NCBI GenBank assembly: GCA_012519315.1
Contig: JAAYQM010000001.1
Span: 10,730-74,729 of the forward strand
Source of the DNA: Clostridiales bacterium
Lineage (GTDB): Bacteria; Bacillota; Clostridia; Oscillospirales; CAG-272
Direction of reading: 5' to 3'
Length of the DNA stretch: 64,000 nucleotides
Positions within the stretch are counted from its first letter, which is position 1. Each line of letters opens with the position of its first letter. The position numbers and the translations under genes are program-made. The notes under the pieces were generated by a model. The model saw nothing but the letters and a program-made list of their open reading frames with translations, ran no database searches and was not told the origin of the DNA. Shown piece after piece: positions 38,742 to 48,132 of the stretch.

Positions 38742-41372
38742 CTATGCCTTCACCATTGATGCAACAATGTCAAGAGTGGTTGCTAATGCCTCGTCAATGC
38801 GGCTTAGATCCTTGCCGCCTGACATTGCGCTTTCCGGGCGACCGCCTCCGGCGCCGCCGGTGATAGCGCTGACTTTCTTAAGGATCGCGCCCGCGTTTGC
38901 GCCTGCGGCAACAGCCTCTTTTCCGCAGCAAGCGGCGAAGTTTAGCTTGTCGTTGTTGACAACGGCAAAAACCGCAACGGTATCCGGCTGGCTTTCCTTA
39001 ATATTATCGCAAAGGGTACGTACGGTATCAAGCTTCATTTCCAGTTTTGCGGTGATCAGCTTAATTTTGCCTATTGATTGAGCGTCTTTCAGCAGTGAGG
39101 ACAAGGTGAGGGCGGATAATTTCGCTCTCATTGCTTCAAGCTCTTGATTAAGGGTGCGCATATCGGCCTGAAGCTGTGCGCTCTTTTTAGCGATATCCTG
39201 AGGATTGTTTGCTTTCAATTCTTTAGCTGTATTGTTAATAAGGGACTCTTTGGCGGACAGAAGTTCAAGCACACCAAGTCCGGAGGTGCTTTCAATACGG
39301 CGTATTCCGGCTGCGACTGAGCTTTCTGACAGGATTTTAAACAGACCGGCTTTCGCGGTGTTGTCAAGGTGGGTTCCGGCACAAAGCTCGGTGGAAAAAT
39401 CACCCATTTTCATCACACGCACCGTACTGCCGTATTTCTCACCGAAAAGGGCGATGGCACCCATTTTGCGCGCAGTTTCAAGATCGGTTTCAATCGCTGT
39501 TATTTCCGCCCCCGAAAGAATATAGGAGTTGACAAGGGCTTCGATTTTTTCAAGCTCTTCAGGCGTTACAGCGGAAAAATGGCGGAAGTCAAAGCGAAGG
39601 CGATGCTCATCCACATAAGATCCAGCCTGCTCCACATGTGATCCAAGCACTTGACGCAGGGCGGTGTGCAACAGGTGGGCCGAGGAGTGATTGCGTGCGA
39701 TGGCGGCACGACGTGTCGAATCGATTGAAAGGGTCACTTTTTCACCGACGGTGAGACTGCCGTCGGTAAGCTCGCATATATGCAGATAAACGTCGTTTAG
39801 CTTTTTGGTATCAATGACTTGTATCGTGGCTGTAGGCGTTGTAATGGTGCCGATATCCCCGACTTGACCTCCTCCTTCGGCGTAAAAGACAGTTTTGTCA
39901 AGCACAAGAGTAAAATCCCCCTCCCCAATCTCATTGACAAATTGATTATTGGCAATGATGGCGACGATGGTTGCCTGTGTGGTATGGGCAAGATAACCCT
40001 CAAAATCGGTTGCGGGCAGTGTGGCGATGAGGGACTTTGAATCATCGGTCCAACCGCCGCCTGTTTCTCTGGCAGCCCTTGCACGCAGCTTTTGCTCCTG
40101 CATAAGCTCTTTAAAACGTTCTTCGTCAATTTCCAGCTTATTCTCGGCGGCGATTTCTCTCGTCAAATCAATGGGAAAACCAAAAGTATCATATAGCTTA
40201 AAGACATCCTCGCCGGAAAGGACGATACTGCCCGCCTTCTTTGTTGAGGCTATTAGGGTGTCGAGAATGGTAAGACCGGAATCAATAGTTGCATTAAACC
40301 TTTCTTCCTCTGTCTTAATGACACGTTCGATATAAGATTGCTTTTCAGCAAGTTCCGGGTAGGCGGTAATGTTTTCGGCAATAACGACATGGCATAATTG
40401 ATGCAGGAAGGTGTCATTGATATTTAAAAGCTTTCCGTGACGAGCGGCGCCTCTGAGCAGACGGCGGAGAATATATCCGCGTCCCTCGTTGGAGGGGATA
40501 ACCCCGTCACAGATAAGGAAGGTAGCGCTGCGTATATGGTCGGTGATTACTCGTATGGAGACATTTTTTTCAGGATTATCTGTATAGTTTACACCGGCGG
40601 TTTTGCAAACGGAGTCAAGGATTTTGCGTACGGTATCCACCTCAAAGAGATTGTCAACATCTTGCATGACACAGGCCAGACGCTCAAGTCCCATGCCGGT
40701 ATCTATGTTTTTGCTGCTGAGCTCGGTATAGTTGCCGGCGCCGTCATTGTTAAATTGGGTGAAAACGTTGTTCCAAATCTCCATAAAGCGGTCACAGTCG
40801 CAGCCCGGTGCGCAATCGGGAGATCCGCAACCATATTTTTCTCCCCGGTCAAAATAAATCTCCGAGCAGGGACCGCAGGGACCCGCGCCAAGCTCCCAAA
40901 AATTATGCTCTTTGCTCAGCCGTGTTATTTTGCTTGGAGGAACGCCTACTTTGTTTGACCAGATGTTGAAGGCCTCCTCGTCTTCCTCGTATATGGAGGG
41001 ATATAGCAATTCGCCGGGTATACCAAGGCATTCGGTTAGGAATTCCCATGCCCATGTAATGGCCTCCTCCTTGAAATAGTCGCCGAAAGAAAAGTTGCCA
41101 AGCATTTCAAAGTAGGTACCGTGGCGTGCAGTTTTGCCGACCCTGTCAATATCCAATGTGCGAATGCATTTTTGGCAGGTAGTGATGCGGCGGCGGGGAG
41201 GGGTCTCCTCTCCGGTGAAATACTTTTTTAAGGGAGCCATGCCTGCATTAATTAACAGAAGCGATTTATCCCCTATCGGAACCAGCGGAAAGCTCGGCAG
41301 GCGCAAATGTCCCTTTGATTCAAAAAAGGAGAGAAATTTTTCACGCAGATCATTTAATGATGTCCATGTCAT
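38742..41372 (-). CDS. alaS: Alanyl-tRNA synthetase
   Basis: N-terminal FLSFFESKGH..LPS..LVP..D.SLL..NAGM. Editing-domain motifs HSSAHLLH and CAGTH. C-terminal DHHA1 motif GGGGRP. Confidence 0.95.
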   Translation of the reverse strand: MTWTSLNDLREKFLSFFESKGHLRLPSFPLVPIGDKSLLLINAGMAPLKKYFTGEETPPRRRITTCQKCIRTLDIDRVGKTARHGTYFEMLGNFSFGDYFKEEAITWAWEFLTECLGIPGELLYPSIYEEDEEAFNIWSNKVGVPPSKITRLSKEHNFWELGAGPCGPCSEIYFDRGEKYGCGSPDCAPGCDCDRFMEIWNNVFTQFNNDGAGNYTELSSKNIDTGMGLERLACVMQDVDNLFEVDTVRKILDSVCKTAGVNYTDNPEKNVSIRVITDHIRSATFLICDGVIPSNEGRGYILRRLLRGAARHGKLLNINDTFLHQLCHVVIAENITAYPELAEKQSYIERVIKTEEERFNATIDSGLTILDTLIASTKKAGSIVLSGEDVFKLYDTFGFPIDLTREIAAENKLEIDEERFKELMQEQKLRARAARETGGGWTDDSKSLIATLPATDFEGYLAHTTQATIVAIIANNQFVNEIGEGDFTLVLDKTVFYAEGGGQVGDIGTITTPTATIQVIDTKKLNDVYLHICELTDGSLTVGEKVTLSIDSTRRAAIARNHSSAHLLHTALRQVLGSHVEQAGSYVDEHRLRFDFRHFSAVTPEELEKIEALVNSYILSGAEITAIETDLETARKMGAIALFGEKYGSTVRVMKMGDFSTELCAGTHLDNTAKAGLFKILSESSVAAGIRRIESTSGLGVLELLSAKESLINNTAKELKANNPQDIAKKSAQLQADMRTLNQELEAMRAKLSALTLSSLLKDAQSIGKIKLITAKLEMKLDTVRTLCDNIKESQPDTVAVFAVVNNDKLNFAACCGKEAVAAGANAGAILKKVSAITGGAGGGRPESAMSGGKDLSRIDEALATTLDIVASMVKA

Positions 41373-41466
41373 TTGGTGTAGTGTCCTCCGTATTACGGAA
41401 ATTTTTTATATTATTTATAAGGAGTATTATAGCATTTACATTCTTGCAAGTCAATAAAAACCGAGG

Positions 41467-42822
41467 CTATTCGGCTAACGCTGCCTTTATATAAAGGGCG
41501 CATTCAACCCTTTTGCGTTGAAGCTCGCAGGCGATTTTATACGGGCGTGAGATGCCCTCACTGTATTTATAATTGTTTGCCGGGCAGCCCCCACCGCAAA
41601 AATATTTTGCCCAGCAGGTACGGCATTCCTCAACATTGCATATGTTGCACTCGGAAAAGCGATCTCGCAGATCTTTTCGCAACTCGTCCTCGAAAATATT
41701 GCCAAGCTTGCATTCGGTATGTTCAACAAACTGATGACAGGGATAGACATCTCCCTCAGGGGTAACGGCAACATATTCACAGCCCGATCCGCAACCCTTT
41801 ACACGCTTATATACACAGGGGCCGGCATCGAGATCCACCATAAAGTGGAAGAAGTTAAAGGGACGTCCCTGACGTGTTCTTTTGATAATGGCTTCGGCCA
41901 GTCGGTCATATTCGGCAAAAATTCGGGGGAGATCCTCCTGTCGAAGACTTAGCGGATGGTCGTTTGGCAAAACAACCGGCTCAATAGAGATATGCTCAAA
42001 GCCGCAGTCAGCAAGATGTAGAACATCATCGGTGAAGGACATGGTTTCTCGTGTAAAGGTTCCCCTTACATAATAGCTCTTATTCCCCCGACCGGCAACC
42101 AGGGCCTTATATTTAGGCAGAATGTCATGATAGCAGCCGCTGCCGTCGGCGTAAAAACGCAGAGCGTCATTTGTTTCGGGGGTGCCGTCAATAGAGAGAA
42201 CGATATTATACATATGTTCATTTAAAAAGGTGATGACCTCGTCGTTTAGGAGAGTTCCGTTTGTCGTCATGGTAAAACGGATGGTTTTGTTATGTTTTTT
42301 CTCCAGTTCGCGTCCATATATGGTAATCTCGCGCACGACATCAAAATTTAACAGAGGCTCCCCGCCGAAAAAGTCAACCTCAAGATTTTTAATTTTGCCT
42401 GAATGCTCAATAAGAAAATCGAGCGCACGACGACCGACCTCACCGGTCATCAGAGAGCGGGTTCGATGAAACTCGCCGCAGTCGGCAAAGCAATAGCGGC
42501 AGCGCAGGTTGCAGTCGTGGGAGATGTGCAGGCAGAGGGCTTTAATGGTTTTTGTTTTAAAAAAGCTGTCTTGAACAGGTATGTCCTCAGAGAAAAGCTG
42601 CTTGTCAAGAAAGAGCTCGTAAAGCTCGTTGTATGCCTCGTTGACCTTCTCCTGCCCATAGACCGGGGCAAGCCTTGAAAGAAGCTTTTGCGGACAAATT
42701 TGAGGCATTGGCGGCGTTATTTCTGCAAGCAGGTCATAGGCGATATCGGAGAGTAGATGAACGGCGCCGCTTGCACTGTCAAGGGCAATATTAAAATCAT
42801 TTTTTTGAAACAGATGTACCAT
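41467..42822 (-). CDS. scfB: Radical-SAM/SPASM thioether-forming SCIFF peptide maturase
   Basis: Has CNLRCRYCF (CxxxCxxC) and a C-terminal SPASM Cys cluster (CGSGCEY, CHQF, CNVEECRTCWAKYFCGGGCPANNY). It lies immediately downstream of the SCIFF precursor. Confidence 0.85.
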   Translation of the reverse strand: MVHLFQKNDFNIALDSASGAVHLLSDIAYDLLAEITPPMPQICPQKLLSRLAPVYGQEKVNEAYNELYELFLDKQLFSEDIPVQDSFFKTKTIKALCLHISHDCNLRCRYCFADCGEFHRTRSLMTGEVGRRALDFLIEHSGKIKNLEVDFFGGEPLLNFDVVREITIYGRELEKKHNKTIRFTMTTNGTLLNDEVITFLNEHMYNIVLSIDGTPETNDALRFYADGSGCYHDILPKYKALVAGRGNKSYYVRGTFTRETMSFTDDVLHLADCGFEHISIEPVVLPNDHPLSLRQEDLPRIFAEYDRLAEAIIKRTRQGRPFNFFHFMVDLDAGPCVYKRVKGCGSGCEYVAVTPEGDVYPCHQFVEHTECKLGNIFEDELRKDLRDRFSECNICNVEECRTCWAKYFCGGGCPANNYKYSEGISRPYKIACELQRKRVECALYIKAALAE

Positions 42823-42976
42823 AGATTAAATCACGATTGAAGAGAAGGATTCGTTCAATCGGCCTTTATTGAAAAATTTTGGGGATCGGCAAAAGCAAAT
42901 GGCTTGTCCCAGTTAAAGAGATATGAAGGGTGTCCGGTGTAATTTTGCCGTAAGCCGGCCTTTTTCCATTTTATAT

Positions 42977-43014
42977 AAATCTATGGGCAGACGCTGCTGT
43001 CTGCCCATAGATTT
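42977..43014 (-). terminator. Perfect 16-bp hairpin between the SCIFF precursor and its maturase (candidate partial terminator or attenuator)
   Basis: aaatctatgggcagac / gtctgcccatagattt with a 6-nt loop. On the minus strand it is followed by AUAUAAAAU. Confidence 0.55.
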
Positions 43015-43030
43015 GTACTTAGGAGAAAAT

Positions 43031-43186
43031 CTATTTTTTGTTCTTTTTAGTATTCTCGCAGACTTGGTTAGCGACTGTGCAGGATGTCTTGCACGCGGAT
43101 TGGCAGGACGCCTGGCACTCACCGCAACCGGCACCGACTGATGACTTTGTATAGGTGGTTTTGTTGAGAGTTTTTACATTTTTCAT
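43031..43186 (-). CDS. scfA: SCIFF ('six cysteines in forty-five residues') ranthipeptide precursor, 51 aa, missed by the ORF track
   Basis: Manual translation of the minus strand gives MKNVKTLNKTTYTKSSVGAGCGECQASCQSACKTSCTVANQVCENTKKNKK. It has six Cys with the canonical GCGECQ.SCQSACKTSC spacing. RBS gaaagga. Confidence 0.85.
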   Translation of the reverse strand: MKNVKTLNKTTYTKSSVGAGCGECQASCQSACKTSCTVANQVCENTKKNKK

Positions 43187-43212
43187 TTTATGAAGATCCT
43201 TTCAGAATAATA

Positions 43213-43689
43213 TTATTTTGGTGTGATGCGACGACGGCGACGCTTTGGCTTATAGGATCCGATAATCCCGCCGATAGCGCAGACAAGGATGACGCCGACA
43301 TAAAAAGCGAGGGTAACGCCAAAACTGTTATTCGTTTCGCTGTTGCCGGTGAAAAGGGAGGCGATAAACAGCACAACAAGTAAGAGCAAGCCGGTTGTTG
43401 CACCCGAGAGAAGACCGGCAGATCGGTTGATTTTAGCGGCTGCAATCCCGCCGATTAGCGCACTTAAAAATAGGGTTCCATAGGCAAAGGGCGCGACTAA
43501 AGCGTCAGGATCCGGGTTGTTGTAGGCAATAATACTCAGCACAACGAGAAGGACAATCGCAACAGTAAGGGTTACACAAAGCGCATAGAGGGCACTGCGC
43601 AATATCGAACGGAACGCAGAGCTCTCCCCGTCGCGAGAAATGTTTGGCAAGCGTGGTTTTGCCTGCTTTCTTCTGGCATTGGTATTCAT
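43213..43689 (-). CDS. Small multi-TM membrane protein (TIGR04086-like, commonly adjacent to SCIFF)
   Basis: Four hydrophobic helices and a poly-Arg C-terminus. Positioned between yajC and scfA, as I recall for Clostridia. Confidence 0.6.
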   Translation of the reverse strand: MNTNARRKQAKPRLPNISRDGESSAFRSILRSALYALCVTLTVAIVLLVVLSIIAYNNPDPDALVAPFAYGTLFLSALIGGIAAAKINRSAGLLSGATTGLLLLVVLFIASLFTGNSETNNSFGVTLAFYVGVILVCAIGGIIGSYKPKRRRRRITPK

Positions 43690-43767
43690 AAATTATATAT
43701 CCTCCGAAAAGTAAATAGCATTGCTATATATTTATTCAGAGGGTTGTTTGTTTATGAATGAAGTTGC

Positions 43768-44097
43768 TTATTCGGCATCCTCGGCGTGAACATCAACATT
43801 GCGGACGGCGCTTTTAAGCAGTCTTATTTTAGTCTTATCTCTGCCCGTCTCTATCAAGATAGTTTCGTCCTTTATGCTGATGATTTTTCCTATTATACCG
43901 CCAGTGGTGGTAATTTCATCCCCGACTTGAAGATTATTTCTCATCGCAGCTATCTGCTTTTCTTGCTTTTTCTGGGGGCGGATCATAACGAAATACATAA
44001 TAAGCAATAACCCGCCAAACATGAGAATGGTTGTCCATCCAGATGAAGCAGGTGTTGCGGCGGCCTCGGCGCCGGCATCAAGTAAGAAATTTAACAA
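43768..44097 (-). CDS. yajC: Preprotein translocase subunit YajC
   Basis: Has FVMIRPQKKQEK......L..GDEI.T.GGI.G.I. TTG start after ggaggt. Confidence 0.85.
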   Translation of the reverse strand: MLNFLLDAGAEAAATPASSGWTTILMFGGLLLIMYFVMIRPQKKQEKQIAAMRNNLQVGDEITTTGGIIGKIISIKDETILIETGRDKTKIRLLKSAVRNVDVHAEDAE

Positions 44098-44269
44098 TTT
44101 ATAATACCTCCAATGAATTTGTATCCTAATAGAATAATATTATATACGAAAGTCATGGTTTTTGCAATATCTTTTTGTAAACATTCCTTCATAGAGCAAT
44201 ACAAAAGCAATGTATAAAGGCTGTTTGTATAAAAGACTTTTCATAGGGGATTAGTTTTCCTGCTTGCTA

Positions 44270-44298
44270 TTGACACCGAACATCTTTTAAAATATAAT
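44270..44298 (+). promoter_or_regulatory. Sigma-A-type promoter upstream of purD
   Basis: TTGACA, 17 nt spacer, TATAAT. Both hexamers are perfect. The leader is about 140 nt. Confidence 0.55.
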
Positions 44299-44443
44299 TT
44301 ATATAGATGTTGTAATGAAATCTCTCATTTATATTAGGTCCCGATTTTTTGGGGTTAGAATAACAACAATTTAAACACAATATTAGTAAAGGAAGTATAT
44401 TGGCCGGTAAAGTAGTAAAAAACGGACAATAAGAGGTTAAACT

Positions 44444-45709
44444 ATGAAAGTTTTGGTCGTCGGCGGTGGCGGACGTGAGCATGCAATATTGACAAAGTTG
44501 TCTCAGAGCAAGCGGGTGGACAGGCTTTATGCCGCGCCCGGAAACGGGGGAATCTCAAAAATCGCCCAATGTTTGCCGATATCGGCAACCGATATTGACG
44601 GGGTGATAGAGGCCGTTCGGGAGCATGATATCGATCTTGTTTTTGTGGCTCCCGATGATCCGCTGATGATGGGCATGGTGGATCGCTTGAACGCGGTTGG
44701 AATCCGCACCTTCGGTCCTCGGCAAAACGCAGCCCTCATTGAGGGGAGCAAGGTTTTTGCTAAGGAATTGATGAAAAAGTACGGCATCCCCACGGCTGCT
44801 TATGAGGTTTTTGACGATTACCATAAAGCTCTTGCCTATATTAAAGAGCAGAACAGCTATCCGACGGTGATTAAGGCAGAAGGTCTTGCCCTCGGAAAGG
44901 GCGTAATTATTGCGCACAATGAGGATGAGGCGTCTCGTGCTCTCTCAAGCATAATGTGTGATCGAATTTTCGGAGATGCCGGTTGCCGTGTTGTTATTGA
45001 AGAATTTCTTGTGGGAACCGAGGTGTCGGTGCTTGCCTTTACCGATGGGAAGACGATAGTTCCAATGGTCTCCGCACAGGATCATAAGCGCGTTTTTGAC
45101 AATGATAAGGGGCCAAACACCGGTGGCATGGGCGCCTTCTCACCCAGCAGGGTGTATACGCAAAGGATTGCCGATTATTGCATGGAACATATCTATCTCC
45201 CGACGATTCGGGCAATGGCGGCAGAGGGACGTCCCTTCCGTGGGGTTCTCTATTTCGGTTTAATCGTCACGGATCGGGGCGTATATGTCATTGAGTATAA
45301 CGCAAGATTTGGAGACCCGGAGACCCAGGTGGTGTTGCCCAGGCTCAAAACCGATCTTTTAGATATTATCGAGGCGATTGAGAAGGAAGATCTAGCGTCG
45401 ATAAACATCGAATGGGAGGACGGCGCGGCTGTTTGCGTGGTTGCGGCATCGGGCGGATACCCGCAGCAATATGAAAAAGGATATGAGATTACAGGACTGG
45501 ATGAGATTGAAAAAGCTAGGAATATTATGGTGTATCATGCGGGGACTACACTGCAGGACGGGAAAATCCTTACTTCGGGCGGACGGGTGCTTGGGGTGAC
45601 GGCTGTCTCAGACACCCTTGATGATGCCGTTTTTGCTGCATATCGTGCAATTGAGAAAATTAATTTTAAGAATATGCATTATAGAAAGGATATCGGTATA
45701 AAAAAATAG
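44444..45709 (+). CDS. purD: Phosphoribosylamine-glycine ligase
   Basis: Has MKVLVVGGGGREHA, APGN and the ATP-grasp EYNARFGDPE. Confidence 0.95.
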   Translation: MKVLVVGGGGREHAILTKLSQSKRVDRLYAAPGNGGISKIAQCLPISATDIDGVIEAVREHDIDLVFVAPDDPLMMGMVDRLNAVGIRTFGPRQNAALIEGSKVFAKELMKKYGIPTAAYEVFDDYHKALAYIKEQNSYPTVIKAEGLALGKGVIIAHNEDEASRALSSIMCDRIFGDAGCRVVIEEFLVGTEVSVLAFTDGKTIVPMVSAQDHKRVFDNDKGPNTGGMGAFSPSRVYTQRIADYCMEHIYLPTIRAMAAEGRPFRGVLYFGLIVTDRGVYVIEYNARFGDPETQVVLPRLKTDLLDIIEAIEKEDLASINIEWEDGAAVCVVAASGGYPQQYEKGYEITGLDEIEKARNIMVYHAGTTLQDGKILTSGGRVLGVTAVSDTLDDAVFAAYRAIEKINFKNMHYRKDIGIKK

Positions 45710-45756
45710 GGGATGAGACTTCGATTAGATCTCGACCTATCGAAAGGAAGGATTTT

Positions 45757-46617
45757 GTGAAAGTCGATTTAATGAAAAGCATACAGTCGCGGATGAATAC
45801 GTTCTCCAAAGGGCAGAGGATGATTGCAAATTATCTCATCAGCAACTATGATAAGGCGGCGTATATGACGGCATCAAAGCTTGGCAAAAGCATTGGAGTA
45901 TCTGAATCAACGGTGGTACGCTTTGCGATTGAGGTAGGATTCGACGGATATCCCGGGCTTCAGCGCGCCCTCCAAGAGATGATTCGAACAAAGCTGACCT
46001 CTAATCAGCGGATAGAGGTGGCCAATATGCGTATTGGCGAGGGCGATTTACTTGAGAAGGTTTTGATGTCTGATGTGGAGAAGATAAGAAATACCATTGA
46101 GACCATTGACCGCAATCATTTTAATGCCGCAGTAGATGCTATTCTGGCTGCCAAAACGATTTATATTATCGGTGTGCGATCATCTTCTTCTCTTGCATCC
46201 TTTGTGACCTTTTATTTTAATTTAATTTTTGACCACGTGAAGTTTGTGCAAACGACGAGCGGGAGCGAGATGTTTGAGCAGATACTCAATATCGGTGAGG
46301 ATGATGTTATGCTTGCCATCAGCTTTCCCCGTTATTCTAAGCGTATTATCAATGCGGTTGAGTATGCTAAGGAAATGAAGGCGGATGTGATCGCGCTGAC
46401 CGACAGCACCCTGTCTCCTATTGCCGAATATGCCGATCAGCTTCTTATTGCTCAGAGCGATATGGCGTCCTTTGTTGATTCTCTTGTGGCTCCCTTGAGC
46501 ATTATTAATGCGATGATTGTTGCTATCGGCAGAAAAAAACAGACCGAGCTGACGCAGAAATTTGATAAGCTCGAGCGGATTTGGGAGGAATATGACGTTT
46601 ACGCAAAATCCCATTAA
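45757..46617 (+). CDS. MurR/RpiR-family transcriptional regulator (HTH_6 plus SIS domain)
   Basis: N-terminal S.GQR.IANYLI.....A..MTASKLG...GVSESTVVRFA. SIS domain: IYIIGVRSSS. Confidence 0.8.
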   Translation: MKVDLMKSIQSRMNTFSKGQRMIANYLISNYDKAAYMTASKLGKSIGVSESTVVRFAIEVGFDGYPGLQRALQEMIRTKLTSNQRIEVANMRIGEGDLLEKVLMSDVEKIRNTIETIDRNHFNAAVDAILAAKTIYIIGVRSSSSLASFVTFYFNLIFDHVKFVQTTSGSEMFEQILNIGEDDVMLAISFPRYSKRIINAVEYAKEMKADVIALTDSTLSPIAEYADQLLIAQSDMASFVDSLVAPLSIINAMIVAIGRKKQTELTQKFDKLERIWEEYDVYAKSH

Positions 46618-47863
46618 TGAGGGGCGGCAAAGACGCATAGCCGTTATTGGCGCCGGTGCGTCCGGGCTTGTTGCTGCCGGAAGCGCCGCAGGTGCCGGTG
46701 CGGATGTTATCGTCTTTGAAGGGCAGAACAAAACAGCAAAAAAGCTTAGAATTACCGGCAAGGGTCGCTGCAATGTGACTAACAATTGTGATATAGCAAC
46801 GTTTATACAAAATGTGCCCCGGAACCCACGGTTTTTATATACCGCCCTTACCGCATTTTCCCCTGAAGATACCATAGATTTTTTTGAATCCCTTGGTGTT
46901 CCCCTTAAAACCGAGCGAGGGAGGCGAGTTTTTCCGGCTTCCGATCGTGCATCTGATATTGTGAGGGCTCTTGAAAAGTTTGCGTTTCCTGCGGCAAAGC
47001 TATGTCATGAGAACGTTCAGAGACTGATCGTCGAGGATGGCAGGGTTACCGGTGTTGCCGGGAGCTCATCGGTATATTCGGCGGATGCGGTCATTGTCTG
47101 CACGGGCGGAAAATCCTATCCCATGACCGGGTCAAAGGGGGACGGCTATCGATTTGCATCGGAGTGCGGACATACCGTTACCCCTCTTGTCCCCTCTCTT
47201 GTCCCGATTGAGGCAAAGGGTAATCTCTGTCGCCGATTGCAGGGATTGTCCTTAAAAAATGTCTCTCTGAAAATTATTCATACAAAAACGGGGAAAACTA
47301 TTTTTGAGGACTTCGGCGAGATGATGTTTACCCATTTCGGGCTGACCGGACCTATGGTGCTCAGCGCATCAGCTCATCTGCGCGATTACTCCTTGGATAC
47401 CTGTGTGGCGAGCATTGATCTCAAGCCTGCTCTGGATGAGGAAACCCTTGACGCAAGGCTTCTCTCCGATTTTGCGAAATATGCGAATAAAGATTTTATT
47501 AATGCTCTGTCAGATCTCTTGCCCTCTAAGATGATCGGACCGATGGTTGAGCTTTCGGGGATTGATCCGCGGCAGAAGGTGAACACAGTGACCCGTGAAG
47601 AGCGGAGAGGCTTGTTATCATTGCTGAAAGGGCTGACCATACCGCTTTTGAGATTCAGGCCTATTGAGGAGGCGATTATCACCTCCGGCGGGGTGGAGGT
47701 TAAGGAGATAAATCCGAGGAATATGGCATCCAAAAAGGTAAAGGGGCTGTATTTTGCGGGAGAAGTCATAGATGTTGATGCTTATACCGGCGGTTTTAAC
47801 CTGCAAATAGCCTTTTCTACCGGTATGTTGGCCGGTAAAAGCGCCGCCTGTGATATATGGTGA
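46592..47863 (+). CDS. HI0933/BaiN-family NAD(P)/FAD-dependent flavoprotein
   Basis: Has IAVIGAGASGL, TGKGRCNVTN, GGKSYP.TGS.GDGY, and the C-terminal LYFAGEVIDVDAYTGGFNLQ. It overlaps the rpiR-like gene by 26 nt. Confidence 0.8.
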   Translation: MTFTQNPINEGRQRRIAVIGAGASGLVAAGSAAGAGADVIVFEGQNKTAKKLRITGKGRCNVTNNCDIATFIQNVPRNPRFLYTALTAFSPEDTIDFFESLGVPLKTERGRRVFPASDRASDIVRALEKFAFPAAKLCHENVQRLIVEDGRVTGVAGSSSVYSADAVIVCTGGKSYPMTGSKGDGYRFASECGHTVTPLVPSLVPIEAKGNLCRRLQGLSLKNVSLKIIHTKTGKTIFEDFGEMMFTHFGLTGPMVLSASAHLRDYSLDTCVASIDLKPALDEETLDARLLSDFAKYANKDFINALSDLLPSKMIGPMVELSGIDPRQKVNTVTREERRGLLSLLKGLTIPLLRFRPIEEAIITSGGVEVKEINPRNMASKKVKGLYFAGEVIDVDAYTGGFNLQIAFSTGMLAGKSAACDIW

Positions 47864-48132
47864 TCAATCTGCTTTATTTAAAAAGCGGGTAAAATCTTTA
47901 AATTTGGATATCTTTTAGGTTAGATAGCAAACACTTTACCAAAAAGGTTGGAACGGTTGTTCCTTTCCATGAGCAGTACAAAATCCTTGATTATTGACCT
48001 GTGTTGTGCTTAACAGAGTTGTTTGTTATATAATTTTAGCAGGTTTTTTGCAAATAAATTAATATTTAATATATAGAAAAGGAAAGAGGTTGAGCGGTTT
48101 TTTGGTATCGCTTAACCTGCACGGAGTTGGAT

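Noticed and set aside
41373-41466. T-box leader upstream of alaS (and upstream of lysS at 14731-14861)
   Set aside because: Only about 94 nt and about 130 nt are available. There is no T-box sequence (AAUUAGGGUGGUACCGCG-like) and no terminator/antiterminator pair.
42913-43141. 73-aa minus-strand and 72-aa plus-strand track ORFs overlapping the SCIFF region
   Set aside because: A different minus-strand frame (43031-43186) encodes a canonical six-Cys SCIFF peptide with an RBS. The two longer ORFs have no RBS and read as basic, low-complexity sequence.
44299-44443. Purine or ZTP riboswitch upstream of purD
   Set aside because: The ~140-nt leader lacks the conserved purine-riboswitch junction sequences and the ZTP (pfl) GGGUCGUGAC / CCGCCUGGGCA-type elements when read by eye. 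An Infernal scan would be definitive.
46222-46875. 217-aa minus-strand ORF
   Set aside because: It is antisense to the RpiR-family and flavoprotein genes. It is a shadow ORF.
48088-48118. 10-bp hairpin (one mismatch) just upstream of the cmk RBS
   Set aside because: There is no U-tract after it and the T-run lies in the loop. It could be incidental, and the evidence is too weak to call it a regulatory element.
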